Assembly (NCBI GenBank): GCA_038249055.1
Contig: JBBRWS010000003.1
Coordinates: 24,374-88,373, forward strand
Origin: Minisyncoccia bacterium
Lineage (GTDB): Bacteria; Patescibacteriota; Minisyncoccia; Phycocordibacterales; UBA9973
DNA: 64,000 nucleotides
Reading direction: 5' to 3'
Shown: piece after piece, positions 1 through 9,662 of the stretch
Layout of the letters: each line of letters opens with the position of its first letter
Numbering within the stretch: the first letter of the stretch is position 1
Program-made: the position numbers and the translations under genes
The notes under the pieces: model-generated
What the model was told of the DNA's origin: nothing
Databases searched by the model: none
Seen by the model: only the letters and a program-made list of their open reading frames with translations

Positions 1-606
1 TCACCCTCACGACCAGCCAATTCTTTTGCCTTTATTGTAAGTTTGTCTATAGATACAACTTTTTCTTGACCAGCTTCCTTAAGAAATGCCTTCAATGTCG
101 CATCGTCATAATCCATAGGAATAATTATCTTGGGTTCAAGAGTTACTGCTAATTTATATGCTTCTGTGGGGCTAAGTAATTGATTATTACCAATAGGAAT
201 AAATAATATATCTGGGGACTCTATTTGACCACGAATAACTGAGTTTAATTTTTCGTTAGACACTGCCCCAAGAAAACATAACGAAATATTTTCAATTGAA
301 AGAGAATAAATAGTATTAATATATTTTTTACCAGAAAGTTCAGTTTCTGTCATAATTCCTTTAATAAAAATATCCTTAATTTCATAATCACCAGGTCCAT
401 TAATTTCAAAAGGAACGATATCTCCGTGAGATACCATATCAAAACCATTAAAATCAGGGTGATTTACAGTAGAAAGAGCAATATCGGAGCCAAATTTAGA
501 TATTTTAGAAGAATATTTAGAATCTTTACTTATGGGATTAAAAGCCATAACTAAACTTCCCTGTCCGATTTTGAAAAACTGCTTTCCTAAATATGTGATA
601 ATCATA
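1..606 (-). CDS. MBL-fold metal-dependent hydrolase-like protein (UPF0173-like), 5' partial view (runs off window start)
   Basis: Minus-strand reading frame from ATG near 606 to window edge; translation MIITYLGKQFFKIGQGS...NPISK...HPDF resembles the N-terminal part of short metallo-beta-lactamase-fold hydrolases; not in ORF track because it is truncated by the window edge. Confidence 0.4.
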
Positions 607-662
607 GGTATATTATAACAAAAAAAATAATAAAAATAAAGCTAAAATACTCTATATAAACA

Positions 663-902
663 TTAAATAACCACCACCTTAGATAGGGCTCCAAGCCCTA
701 TCTGAGATTTCAATTTTCTAAAGTTTGATAAACTGTCTATTTTATCTACCCTATTAAATTCTTTCATACTTTCTATAAAACGATAAATATCATTCTTATC
801 TGAAAAAATGTCCCGCTTATCTACACCGCGATTATAGATATGATACATTTCCCCTATTACCAAAGGTTGTCTTCTTATACTCATGTTTTTATAGCACAAC
901 AA
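663..902 (-). pseudogene. IS200/IS605-like (Y1/HuH) transposase N-terminal fragment; C-terminus is read-through into a hairpin
   Basis: 79-aa ORF with RRQPLVIGEMYHIYNRGVDKRDIFSDKNDYYRF-type N-terminus typical of Y1 transposases, but no HuH/Tyr motifs; last ~12 codons are encoded by the GC hairpin at 672-702. Confidence 0.4.
672..702. repeat. GC-rich hairpin GATAGGGCT-tgg-AGCCCTATC at 3' side of transposase fragment
   Basis: 9-bp perfect stem in otherwise AT-rich DNA; shares AGCCCTATCT core with hairpin at 907-947. Confidence 0.5.
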
Positions 903-906
903 ATTG

Positions 907-947
907 AACGCCCCAGATAGGGGCTAAGCCCCGTAGCTGGGGCGTTA
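907..947. repeat. Nested GC-rich hairpin AACGCCCCAG..GGGGCT-ta-AGCCCC..CTGGGGCGTT at 5' side of transposase fragment
   Basis: 10-bp outer stem enclosing a 6-bp inner hairpin; shares AGCCCCTATCT core with 672-702; IS200/IS605-type subterminal hairpin candidate. Confidence 0.45.
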
Positions 948-1092
948 TTTATAATTTAACACTTATCAAAAAAATGAATCTCAAAAACTTGTAAAATCAT
1001 CGTATTTATAGTATAGTAATCGTATTATAAGCTCGGTTTGAAGTTTAACCCTTTTTGTGTTTAGTTTAAAAAACAAAGAGATCTTCAATCTG

Positions 1093-1116
1093 TGCCGCGA
1101 GACGCGGTTTTTTTAG
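1093..1116 (+). promoter_or_regulatory. GC hairpin plus T-run (CCGCGAGACGCGG TTTTTTT) in the leader region upstream of rpsA
   Basis: Seen directly; could be an orphan terminator or leader attenuator. Confidence 0.3.
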
Positions 1117-1146
1117 TTCCAAAATGAATATTTTTGGAAAAATATT

Positions 1147-2274
1147 ATGAAAAAAGAAGATAAAGATGTTATTGATAACATCGCAGAACACGCAAAAATA
1201 GAACTTTCAGGTATTGGTAAAATGCTTGAAAAAATAGAACTACCACCTCAAGTGGATGCACTTGTAGAAGGTCCAGTTATATCAATTCAAAAATCATCTG
1301 TTTATATAGACCTTACACCATTTGGTACAGGTATAATTTACGGAAGAGAATTTATCAATGCTAAAGATATAATCAAAAAAGTAAGTATTGGTGATGTCGT
1401 AAAAGCAAAAGTAGTTTCAACTGATAACGAAGAAGGTTATATTGAATTATCTTTGAAAGAAGCAAAACAAGCTCTTATTTGGAGTGAAGCCGAAAAAGCT
1501 ATCAAATCCAAAATTGCTCTTGAACTTACTGTTAAAGAAGCAAATAAAGGTGGTCTTATCTTAGAATGGCAAGGTATTGCTGGATTTCTTCCTGCAAGTC
1601 AACTTAAGAGTGAACACTATCCACGAGTAGAAGACTCCGATAAAGATAAAATACTTAAAGCATTAAAACTACTCATCGGTAAACGTATTAGTGTTGTTAT
1701 GATTTCTGCATTACCAAAGGAAGGCAAATTAATATTCTCTGAAAAAGACAATAATCCAGAAGAGAGACAAGAAATCGTAGGTAAATACGCTGTTGGAGAT
1801 GAACTTGAATGTACTATTGCTGGAATTGTAGACTTTGGAATCTTTCTAAAAGTTGAAGAAGGACTTGAAGGATTAGTTCATATCTCTGAAATCGATTGGG
1901 GTCTAGTAGAAGATCCACGAACAATGTTTAAGGTAGGAGACAAAGTTAAAGCTAAAATAATTGAAATCAAAGATGGTAAAATATCTCTTTCAATTAAAGC
2001 TCTAAAAGAAAATCCATGGAAAGAATTTGAAAATACTCTTAAAAAAGGAGACATCGTCTCAGGAGTTGTTATAAAATTCAACAAGCATGGTGCTCTAGTT
2101 TCTATTAAACAAGGAGTTGCAGGTCTTGCTCACAACTCAGGATTTGGCTCAGAAGAAAAGATGAAGAAAACTCTTGAGTTAGGTAAAACATATAACTTCC
2201 AAGTTACATTGTTCGAACCAAAGGACCAGAGAATGACTTTAGTTTATTTAGAAGACCAGAAGAAAGCTGAATAA
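1147..2274 (+). CDS. rpsA: 30S ribosomal protein S1 (short form, multiple S1 domains)
   Basis: 375 aa with repeated S1 RNA-binding domain signatures (GxVxG...V.V..D....ISLS). Confidence 0.9.
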   Translation: MKKEDKDVIDNIAEHAKIELSGIGKMLEKIELPPQVDALVEGPVISIQKSSVYIDLTPFGTGIIYGREFINAKDIIKKVSIGDVVKAKVVSTDNEEGYIELSLKEAKQALIWSEAEKAIKSKIALELTVKEANKGGLILEWQGIAGFLPASQLKSEHYPRVEDSDKDKILKALKLLIGKRISVVMISALPKEGKLIFSEKDNNPEERQEIVGKYAVGDELECTIAGIVDFGIFLKVEEGLEGLVHISEIDWGLVEDPRTMFKVGDKVKAKIIEIKDGKISLSIKALKENPWKEFENTLKKGDIVSGVVIKFNKHGALVSIKQGVAGLAHNSGFGSEEKMKKTLELGKTYNFQVTLFEPKDQRMTLVYLEDQKKAE

Positions 2275-2311
2275 TTAGTAACTAGTTTCTAGTGAATAGG
2301 TTCTAATAAAA

Positions 2312-2340
2312 ATGCCTGAGCGTCGCTCAGGCATTTTTAT
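2312..2340. terminator. Bidirectional rho-independent terminator between rpsA and the minus-strand membrane protein gene
   Basis: ATGCCTGAG-cgtcg-CTCAGGCAT followed by TTTTT, A-run upstream. Confidence 0.7.
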
Positions 2341-2361
2341 TATTCACTAAATTAATTTTTA

Positions 2362-2712
2362 TTAACAATCTAGACCCATTCTATTTTCTGTAGTAGGAAC
2401 GCAAGGTGTACCTATATATATTTCTCTTTGGCGCATATTTTTATCCCATATTTGGTTTCCAAATATAACTCCAAAAATACCCCATACTAGACTCATAAAT
2501 ATAATAAAAAGAATTATGGGTAAAAAAATAGCCCAAAATTTAATTTTGAATTTAATAGCAAATATAATCAAAAATAAAATACAAGTTATTAATGTGAGAG
2601 GATAAAAATATTCGAAATAATTTTTATAAAAAAAAGCAATAAATAAAGAAATACCGAAGGAAATAAAGGGTACTAAAACACTAAATAAATATAAAAATAT
2701 TTTTTTATTCAT
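2362..2712 (-). CDS. Hypothetical small membrane protein
   Basis: 116 aa, 3-4 hydrophobic helices. Confidence 0.5.
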   Translation of the reverse strand: MNKKIFLYLFSVLVPFISFGISLFIAFFYKNYFEYFYPLTLITCILFLIIFAIKFKIKFWAIFLPIILFIIFMSLVWGIFGVIFGNQIWDKNMRQREIYIGTPCVPTTENRMGLDC

Positions 2713-2731
2713 AAATTTTAATTCGTAATTA

Positions 2732-3319
2732 TTAATTATATAGAGTCATTGCTTTATCTTTCCCTTCAGCGGAAACCATTACGATTATTTCTGCCACTTT
2801 TTTAGACATATTTTTAATAATCTTTAATTCGTCTTCTTTAAAACTTCCGAGTAAAAATTTAAGTACTGCTTCTTCCCCTTTTGGCTTTCTAAATTTACCT
2901 GTGGGTGTTGAAGGTGAAACTCCAATACGAATACGCACAAACTCACGAGATTTAACACGCTTTATTATAGATTCTAATCCGTTATGACCACCTGAGCTAC
3001 GGTCATATGATATTTTTAAGCTTCCAAGAGGTAAATCTAAATCATCGTAAACTGCTATCAAATTTTTTAATTTCTTTGGACTGTCAATCAAAGGAGCAAC
3101 GGCATTGCCTGAGTTATTCATAAAAGTATTTGGTAATAAAAATTCCACTTTTTCAGAATCTAATTCACCTTTTGCTCTTAATGATTTTAATTTCATATCA
3201 TCTTTCCATTCTGAAAAATCATTTGCTTTAGCAATTTTTTCTAAAATAATTCTGCCAGTATTATGACGTGTATTTTCATATTCTTTTCCTGGATTTCCTA
3301 ATCCAACTATTAACATCAT
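2732..3319 (-). CDS. pth: Peptidyl-tRNA hydrolase
   Basis: MMLIVGLGNPGKEYENTRHNTG N-terminus and overall Pth pattern. Confidence 0.9.
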   Translation of the reverse strand: MMLIVGLGNPGKEYENTRHNTGRIILEKIAKANDFSEWKDDMKLKSLRAKGELDSEKVEFLLPNTFMNNSGNAVAPLIDSPKKLKNLIAVYDDLDLPLGSLKISYDRSSGGHNGLESIIKRVKSREFVRIRIGVSPSTPTGKFRKPKGEEAVLKFLLGSFKEDELKIIKNMSKKVAEIIVMVSAEGKDKAMTLYN

Positions 3320-3448
3320 GACTTTATAATAACATAAACGCGTACGGTCTGAAATAGCTATTTAATTTAAACTAAAAATTTTAAACATTAATACAACATA
3401 TTAATACCTATTCTGTCAATAGAATTTGTGTGATAAAATATATGTCAT

Positions 3449-4069
3449 ATGGAAAATATTAATAGTCAAATTGAAAATAAAAATATTCCCGTTAAATCAA
3501 AATTTAAAAAGGGACTTGAAAATTTTTGGGATCTTGTTAAGTTTGCAGTAATTGCACTTCTTATTGTCGTTCCAATAAGAATGTTTGTAGCTCAACCATT
3601 TTTAGTAAGTGGTGAATCAATGTTCCCTACTTTCCACGATGGAGAATATTTAATAGTTGATGAATTATCTTATTTAATTGGTAGTCCAAATCGAGGAGAT
3701 GTAATAGTTTTTCGATTTCCAGGTGATACAAAAAGATTTTTTATTAAAAGAATAATAGGTATGCCAAACGAAGAAGTTTCAATAACTAACGGGGTGGTAA
3801 CTATTATAAATAAAGCCAATCCAGATGGCTTCGTTTTAACAGAACCCTATATTGATGAAAAATTCAATACAACTTCTTCTTATATAACAGGCAATGATGA
3901 ATACTTTGTAATGGGAGATAACAGAAATAGAAGCTCAGATTCTCGGTCATGGGGTGAACCTCTAGTTACTAAATTAACAAGTAAATTAATAATAGGCCGA
4001 GCATACTTGAGACTTTTACCTTTGAAAGATATCGCGTACTTGCCAGGATATTATAAAGAAACTAAATAA
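3449..4069 (+). CDS. lepB: Signal peptidase I
   Basis: N-terminal TM, SGESMFPTF catalytic Ser box, GDNRNRSSDSR box. Confidence 0.9.
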   Translation: MENINSQIENKNIPVKSKFKKGLENFWDLVKFAVIALLIVVPIRMFVAQPFLVSGESMFPTFHDGEYLIVDELSYLIGSPNRGDVIVFRFPGDTKRFFIKRIIGMPNEEVSITNGVVTIINKANPDGFVLTEPYIDEKFNTTSSYITGNDEYFVMGDNRNRSSDSRSWGEPLVTKLTSKLIIGRAYLRLLPLKDIAYLPGYYKETK

Positions 4070-4078
4070 CACTATTTT

Positions 4079-5371
4079 ATGGAAAATAAAAAAACAAAAA
4101 AAGGGCCTATCTCATCAGTAAAAGGAATGCGAGATATTATTGATAGTCAGTATTATCAATTCCAGGGATTTTTTGAAAAAGCACAAGAGATAGCTGTGTA
4201 CTACGGATTTAAACCAATTGAAACACCAATAGTAGAACAAGAGGATGTCTTTACTTCTTCTATTGGAATAGGTACTGATATTATTGATAAAGAAATGTAT
4301 ACTCTTAAAACAAAAGGTGGTGATCATTTAGCTCTAAGACCAGAACATACTGCGGGAATAATGCGCAGTTATATTGAGAATGGAATGCAGGCTCTTCCAC
4401 AGCCAGTAATGTTTTATAGTTATGGTCCAGTATTTCGTCATGATAATCCTCAAAAAGGTAGATATCGTCAATTTTGGCAATTTGATATGGATGTAATTGG
4501 AAGTGATAAAAGTATACTCGACGCACTTGTTATTAAAACTGCCTGGACAATACTTTTAGAAGCTGGAGCGACTAATCTTTCTGTAGATATAAATTCCATA
4601 GGAGATAAAGAATGTCGAGCAGGATATATTAGAGAATTAGTTTCATATTACAAAAAACATATTAATGAACTTCCCGCAATAGACAGAGAAAGATTAAAAA
4701 CAAATCCTCTTAGAATTCTTGATTCAAAAGAAGAAAAAACAATTGAAATAAATCAAAATGCTCCTGATACTTTATCGCACTTATGCATAAATTGTAAAAA
4801 ACATTTTAAAGAGGTGTTGGAATACCTGGAAGAGACTGGAATACCTTATTCCATAAATAAATGTCTTGTTCGTGGATTATCTTACTACACAAGAACAGTT
4901 ATCGAGATAGTACAGGAAGATAAAGAAACTGGTAAAAAAATGACAATAACTGCTGGTGGACGTTATGATTATTTAGGTAAACAACTTGGCAGCAAAAAAG
5001 ATATTGCGGCTGTAGGTATTTCTATTGGAGTAGACAGAATAGTTGAATCCCCTTGGTTTGCAAAATTATCTCCTCGTATAATTAAAAAACCTAAAATTTA
5101 TTTTATTCAACTTGGCTTTGATGCCAAATTAAAATCTTTAAATGTAATCGAGATTTTAAGAAAAGGTAAAATTGCTATAGCACAATCAATATCTAAAGAT
5201 AATTTAGGAGCTCAATTAGCAATAGCAGAAAAACTAGGAATGGAATATGCTATTATATTTGGACAGAAAGAAGCACTAGAAGATTCTGTAATTTTCCGTG
5301 ATATGAGTAATCGTTCACAAGAAACTGTTAAACTTCCAAAACTACTAGAATATATAAAAAATATTAAATAA
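4079..5371 (+). CDS. hisS: Histidine--tRNA ligase
   Basis: Class II aaRS motifs, GGRYD motif, HisRS-like anticodon-binding C-terminus. Confidence 0.9.
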   Translation: MENKKTKKGPISSVKGMRDIIDSQYYQFQGFFEKAQEIAVYYGFKPIETPIVEQEDVFTSSIGIGTDIIDKEMYTLKTKGGDHLALRPEHTAGIMRSYIENGMQALPQPVMFYSYGPVFRHDNPQKGRYRQFWQFDMDVIGSDKSILDALVIKTAWTILLEAGATNLSVDINSIGDKECRAGYIRELVSYYKKHINELPAIDRERLKTNPLRILDSKEEKTIEINQNAPDTLSHLCINCKKHFKEVLEYLEETGIPYSINKCLVRGLSYYTRTVIEIVQEDKETGKKMTITAGGRYDYLGKQLGSKKDIAAVGISIGVDRIVESPWFAKLSPRIIKKPKIYFIQLGFDAKLKSLNVIEILRKGKIAIAQSISKDNLGAQLAIAEKLGMEYAIIFGQKEALEDSVIFRDMSNRSQETVKLPKLLEYIKNIK

Positions 5372-5404
5372 AGTATTATCAAAAAAACTAATAAAGATAA
5401 AGAA

Positions 5405-5941
5405 ATGCCTCCAATTATTCAAAACGGGGATAAAGTTTTACGAAAAATATCAAAAGAAGTACCTATTTCTAGTATAACTAAACCCAAAATAAAAAAAATA
5501 TTATCTGATATGAATTTAGCGCTCGATTCTCAATTTGATGGCGTTGCTATTGCTGCACCCCAAATCGGGGTATCACTTCGTATATTTCTTGTATCTGGAA
5601 GAATTTTTGATGAAGATTTTATTAGAGGTAAAGGATCAACAGAAGGAGGTTCATATAAAAAGAATCGTATTCCAAGTATGGTATTTATAAATCCTGTACT
5701 AATAAAAATATCTAAAGATAAAAAACTCATGACTGAAGGATGTCTTTCTGTTAGACCTCTTTACGGAAAAGTACGTAGAGCCACACGTGCAGTTATAGAG
5801 GCATACAATGAGCATGGTGTAAAATTTACAAAAGATGCTTCAGGATTACTTGCTCACATATTTCAGCATGAAACAGATCATTTGGATGGAGTTCTTTTTA
5901 TCGATAAAGCTAAAGATTTACAAGAAGTATTTGTTGAATAA
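5405..5941 (+). CDS. def: Peptide deformylase
   Basis: GVAIAAPQIG, EGCLS and QHETDHLDG (HExxH) motifs. Confidence 0.9.
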   Translation: MPPIIQNGDKVLRKISKEVPISSITKPKIKKILSDMNLALDSQFDGVAIAAPQIGVSLRIFLVSGRIFDEDFIRGKGSTEGGSYKKNRIPSMVFINPVLIKISKDKKLMTEGCLSVRPLYGKVRRATRAVIEAYNEHGVKFTKDASGLLAHIFQHETDHLDGVLFIDKAKDLQEVFVE

Positions 5942-6079
5942 CCCCGTAGTAGAAAATGGCATTGCCTATTAAGTATAATTAAATTCCACATTATAAATTT
6001 AAATAAATAAGTCAGTATTAATATTTAAGTAATACAGAAAAGGCAAACACATAATGCCATTTCTCACTACCGGGTAAAT

Positions 6080-6928
6080 ATGAATAAATTAAATTTTGCA
6101 TTTTTTGGTACTCCTGACGTAGCGGTAGAAACTTTAGAAATTCTAAAAAATAACGATTATTTACCGTCAGTTATTATAACTTCACCAGATAAGCCTGCAG
6201 GACGAGGCTTACACCTCACACCAAGCCCTGTTTCAATTTGGGCTGAAAAAAATAATATACTTATCTTAAAACCTGAAAAAATTAAACAGGAGTTTGTTGA
6301 TGAATTTTTAAAATTTAAAGTTGATTTATCTATTGTAGTTGCATATGGAAAAATATTACCTGAAACTCTTATTAATATCCCAAAATTAGGAACAATAAAC
6401 ATACATTATTCTCTGCTTCCTAAATACAGAGGAGCATCTCCTCTAGAGGCTTCACTTTTAGCTGGAGAAACTATTACAGGAGTTAGTATTCAACAAATGG
6501 CATTCAAGCTAGATAGTGGCCCTATCTTAGCGGAAAAAGAGATATTAATTGATATTAAAGACAAAAAAGAAGAACTAAAAAACAAACTTATTAAATTAGG
6601 GGGAGATTTATTATGTGAAATTTTACCAAAAATTATAAGTGGAGATATCGAGCCCAAAGATCAAGACGAATCTAAGGCTACATTTTGTACTAAAATTAAA
6701 AAAGAAGATGGAGAATTAAATTTAAACGATAACCCACAAAATAACTATAACAAATACCGTGCTTTTTATGGATGGCCAGGAGTATTTTTTTTCACAGAAA
6801 AAAATGGGAAAAAAATCAGAGTAAAAATAAAAGATGCAGTATTTGAAAATAATGAATTTATAATAAAGAAAATCACTCCTGAGGGTAAAAAAGAGATAAA
6901 CTACGAAGACTTCTTAAAACAAAAATAG
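6080..6928 (+). CDS. fmt: Methionyl-tRNA formyltransferase
   Basis: FFGTPDVAV N-terminus, SLLPKYRGASP motif. Confidence 0.9.
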   Translation: MNKLNFAFFGTPDVAVETLEILKNNDYLPSVIITSPDKPAGRGLHLTPSPVSIWAEKNNILILKPEKIKQEFVDEFLKFKVDLSIVVAYGKILPETLINIPKLGTINIHYSLLPKYRGASPLEASLLAGETITGVSIQQMAFKLDSGPILAEKEILIDIKDKKEELKNKLIKLGGDLLCEILPKIISGDIEPKDQDESKATFCTKIKKEDGELNLNDNPQNNYNKYRAFYGWPGVFFFTEKNGKKIRVKIKDAVFENNEFIIKKITPEGKKEINYEDFLKQK

Positions 6929-6934
6929 AAAAAT

Positions 6935-7294
6935 CTAGATACTTCCACCTTTTAATATCTTTTTTACACTTGCAGCTCCCCTTTTAAAAAGAGTTTGTTT
7001 TTTATCTTTATTACTTGTTATTTGACGAAATAATTCTTCTTTTGCATCATCTATTGCAGCATATAAATCTTCCTTTTCGGAAACTGTGTAAAATTCCTTA
7101 CCAGAAATTTCTAAGAATAATTCTCCCTTAAAAACATCTCCTTGCTTGTGATGATTGGTTGTTTTTGCAACTTCAACACGACAAATTACTTCTTCATTTT
7201 TTATAAATTTATCAATACCTGATAATCGCTTATTAATATATTCACTAATAGCATCTGTCAATTCCATATTAGTCGCCTTAATATTTATCTTCAT
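6935..7294 (-). CDS. hpf: Ribosome hibernation promoting factor / ribosome-associated inhibitor
   Basis: MKINIKATNMELTDAISEYINKRL... matches HPF/RaiA (sigma-54 modulation protein) fold signature. Confidence 0.8.
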   Translation of the reverse strand: MKINIKATNMELTDAISEYINKRLSGIDKFIKNEEVICRVEVAKTTNHHKQGDVFKGELFLEISGKEFYTVSEKEDLYAAIDDAKEELFRQITSNKDKKQTLFKRGAASVKKILKGGSI

Positions 7295-7327
7295 AATTTT
7301 ATTATTGCTTAATTATTAATACTTACA

Positions 7328-7564
7328 TTATACCAAATTTTCTGGTAAATTAATTGATAGTATTTTACTTGGACTTTGATGCCCACTTATTATGCGAACT
7401 TGTTTTGTTGATATACTAAATAATGATGCTAATATTTGGCATATTCTGTTATTTGCTAAATTTCTCTCTGCAGGTTCCTTAACAGAAATAATATAAGTAT
7501 CTTTATTTTTCTTTTTTATATCTTCCTTTTTGGCCCCAGCAGTAACTTTAACCTTAATATACAT
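7328..7564 (-). CDS. DUF167 (YggU-like) family protein
   Basis: IKVKVTAGAKK...ANNRICQILASLF...VRIISG pattern typical of DUF167. Confidence 0.6.
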   Translation of the reverse strand: MYIKVKVTAGAKKEDIKKKNKDTYIISVKEPAERNLANNRICQILASLFSISTKQVRIISGHQSPSKILSINLPENLV

Positions 7565-7676
7565 TCTGTAGTAAAAATAGCATTACTTACTATTTAAATT
7601 TATCATACTAATTTATTGACCTTTATTTAGTATAAATAATATATATTATTTATACTAAAGTACATAATTTATTAAT

Positions 7677-8051
7677 TTATTTTTTATTATTTAAAATTAT
7701 TTCTTTAATTTCTTTTATTTCTTTTTCTATATTTTCTAAAATACCTCTTTCTTTGTGAATTTCTTCCTCAGTTTTTTCATCAATTCTTTTTTCTTGATTA
7801 ATACCAGAAATAATAATATTATCTCCAATAAAAAATGAAATAAAAAGGCCTGTAGTAAGAGTTAACAAGATGCCAAAAATCAGAGACATCTCTCCTGACA
7901 TATTTAGATTATCGGAAATATGCCAAATGCCTCTCCATATGGAGACGATACCCACACTCCCAATAAATGCGTAAATTATTGGGTAATGAGTTAATTTTGC
8001 CCTTATTTTATCTTCTAATTTATCAAAAAATTTATAAATTATCTTATACAT
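7677..8051 (-). CDS. Hypothetical membrane protein with C-terminal coiled coil
   Basis: 124 aa, two TM helices then EEE/KE-rich tail. Confidence 0.5.
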   Translation of the reverse strand: MYKIIYKFFDKLEDKIRAKLTHYPIIYAFIGSVGIVSIWRGIWHISDNLNMSGEMSLIFGILLTLTTGLFISFFIGDNIIISGINQEKRIDEKTEEEIHKERGILENIEKEIKEIKEIILNNKK

Positions 8052-8062
8052 ATTTATTTAAA

Positions 8063-9556
8063 TTAGGTAATAATAAGTCCTATAATACCAAGAATAGTCA
8101 AATAAATAAGACAAGGAATAATAACTCCTTTTAAGATACTCACTTCAGCGTTTTTTGTTCCTGTAACAGCTTCAGCAGTTAAAATATCTGCAAGTGCTAT
8201 CATATTACCTGCAGCAGCCCCAACAACACCTAGAGACAAAATAACACTTGTATTGAGGGCTAAGTTAGTTGACGCTATATTAAATAAATGACCAAACATA
8301 ATATTTGAAACAGTAACACTTCCTGTCATAAAGGCTCCAAAAGCTCCAATAAAAGGTGTAAAAAAAGGAAGCATTAACGATTCAAAACTATGAGTGATAA
8401 GACTTATAGCTGATAATAACCCGGAGCTATTATTACCTGAATTTATCATTATTTGAACCATAGCTAGCATAGAAAAAACAACAAAAAATGGATAAATTGC
8501 CCCACTAAAAGCTTTTTTTATTGAACTAATAAAAACCTTTTCTTTTTCTCTCCAAATTATAATTACCAATAATCCAGAAATTAAAAAAATAAAACCAGCA
8601 TTATATAAATTAAAAGTATGATTAAATCCTAAAGATATCAATATTCCCATCTTGCCCAAAAAAATTTTTCCTAAAATTAATAACGAAACAAGAATAGCAT
8701 ATGGTAAAAAAGATTTAAAAGCTGACATTGTTGATACTTCTTCTTTTTCTTCAACTAAAGATAATTTCTCTTTAGGAATTAAAAATCCAAGTTTAATTGA
8801 GATAACAACTATTATTAACCCCGCAATAGAACCTAAAATTGACGGAAATTCTTGCCCTAGTGAGACAAATAAAACTGAAGGAACCACAAAAATTAAACCT
8901 GAAAATATTGCAAAAGGTAAAGCATCTAAAAATTCTTTTTTTCTATTTTGTCTACCTTCTGTAATTATCCACAACATAAAAATAGGAACGATAAAGCCAA
9001 CAATATTAAGTAGAGAAGCTATTAAAGGAACTGATGTGACGTTTAATCCAGCAAAACCAATCTTTATTGGTGTTCCTGCTGCTCCAAAAACCCCGGGAAC
9101 ACTATTACCAAGAAGGCCCACAACTAAAGCCTTAATTGGTGGTAATCCTAAACCTATCAAAATAGGAACAGTTATTGCAGCTGGAATTCCAAAACCAGCT
9201 GTTCCCTCAAGAAAACATTCAAAGAACCACGCAATAACAATTATTTGTACTCTGTAGTCTTTAGAAAGGCCACCTAAATAATATGAAATATTTTTAATAA
9301 CTTTAAAATCCTTTAATATTTCAAGAAAGAAGATTGCCCCGAAAATTATAATAAAAATATCAATCGCAACAAAAAATCCTTTTCCATATGATATATACAG
9401 GAAAGAAGGAATTATTTTCCAGTAAAAAACAGCAAGAACTGTATACAAAGAAAGAGTAATAACTGATGACCAGAGTAGAGTTGTCTTTTTAATTAGTAAT
9501 AAATAAAGAAAAACTAAAAATGGAAACGCCGACAATAAAATTGGTATGCTATTCAT
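8063..9556 (-). CDS. Polytopic permease, L-lactate permease (LctP)-like
   Basis: 497 aa, about 12-14 TM helices, G-rich motifs (GFGIPAAITVPILIGLGLPP) reminiscent of LctP family; family assignment tentative. Confidence 0.5.
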   Translation of the reverse strand: MNSIPILLSAFPFLVFLYLLLIKKTTLLWSSVITLSLYTVLAVFYWKIIPSFLYISYGKGFFVAIDIFIIIFGAIFFLEILKDFKVIKNISYYLGGLSKDYRVQIIVIAWFFECFLEGTAGFGIPAAITVPILIGLGLPPIKALVVGLLGNSVPGVFGAAGTPIKIGFAGLNVTSVPLIASLLNIVGFIVPIFMLWIITEGRQNRKKEFLDALPFAIFSGLIFVVPSVLFVSLGQEFPSILGSIAGLIIVVISIKLGFLIPKEKLSLVEEKEEVSTMSAFKSFLPYAILVSLLILGKIFLGKMGILISLGFNHTFNLYNAGFIFLISGLLVIIIWREKEKVFISSIKKAFSGAIYPFFVVFSMLAMVQIMINSGNNSSGLLSAISLITHSFESLMLPFFTPFIGAFGAFMTGSVTVSNIMFGHLFNIASTNLALNTSVILSLGVVGAAAGNMIALADILTAEAVTGTKNAEVSILKGVIIPCLIYLTILGIIGLIIT

Positions 9557-9605
9557 AGTAATATAATATCATAAAAAATATACTTTTAAAACATTAAATA
9601 AATAA

Positions 9606-9650
9606 ATCAAAACCCAATTAATATAAATTAATTGGGTTTTGATTTATTAT
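9606..9650. terminator. Long hairpin terminator between permease and FN3 surface protein genes
   Basis: ATCAAAACCCAATTAAT-ataa-ATTAATTGGGTTTTGAT then T-rich. Confidence 0.6.
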
Positions 9651-9662
9651 TAATTTTATAAA

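Noticed and set aside
8652-9257. 201-aa plus-strand ORF inside the permease gene
   Set aside because: Antisense to a 14-TM transporter with consistent hydrophobicity; antisense ORFs of this kind are common artefacts in AT-rich genes
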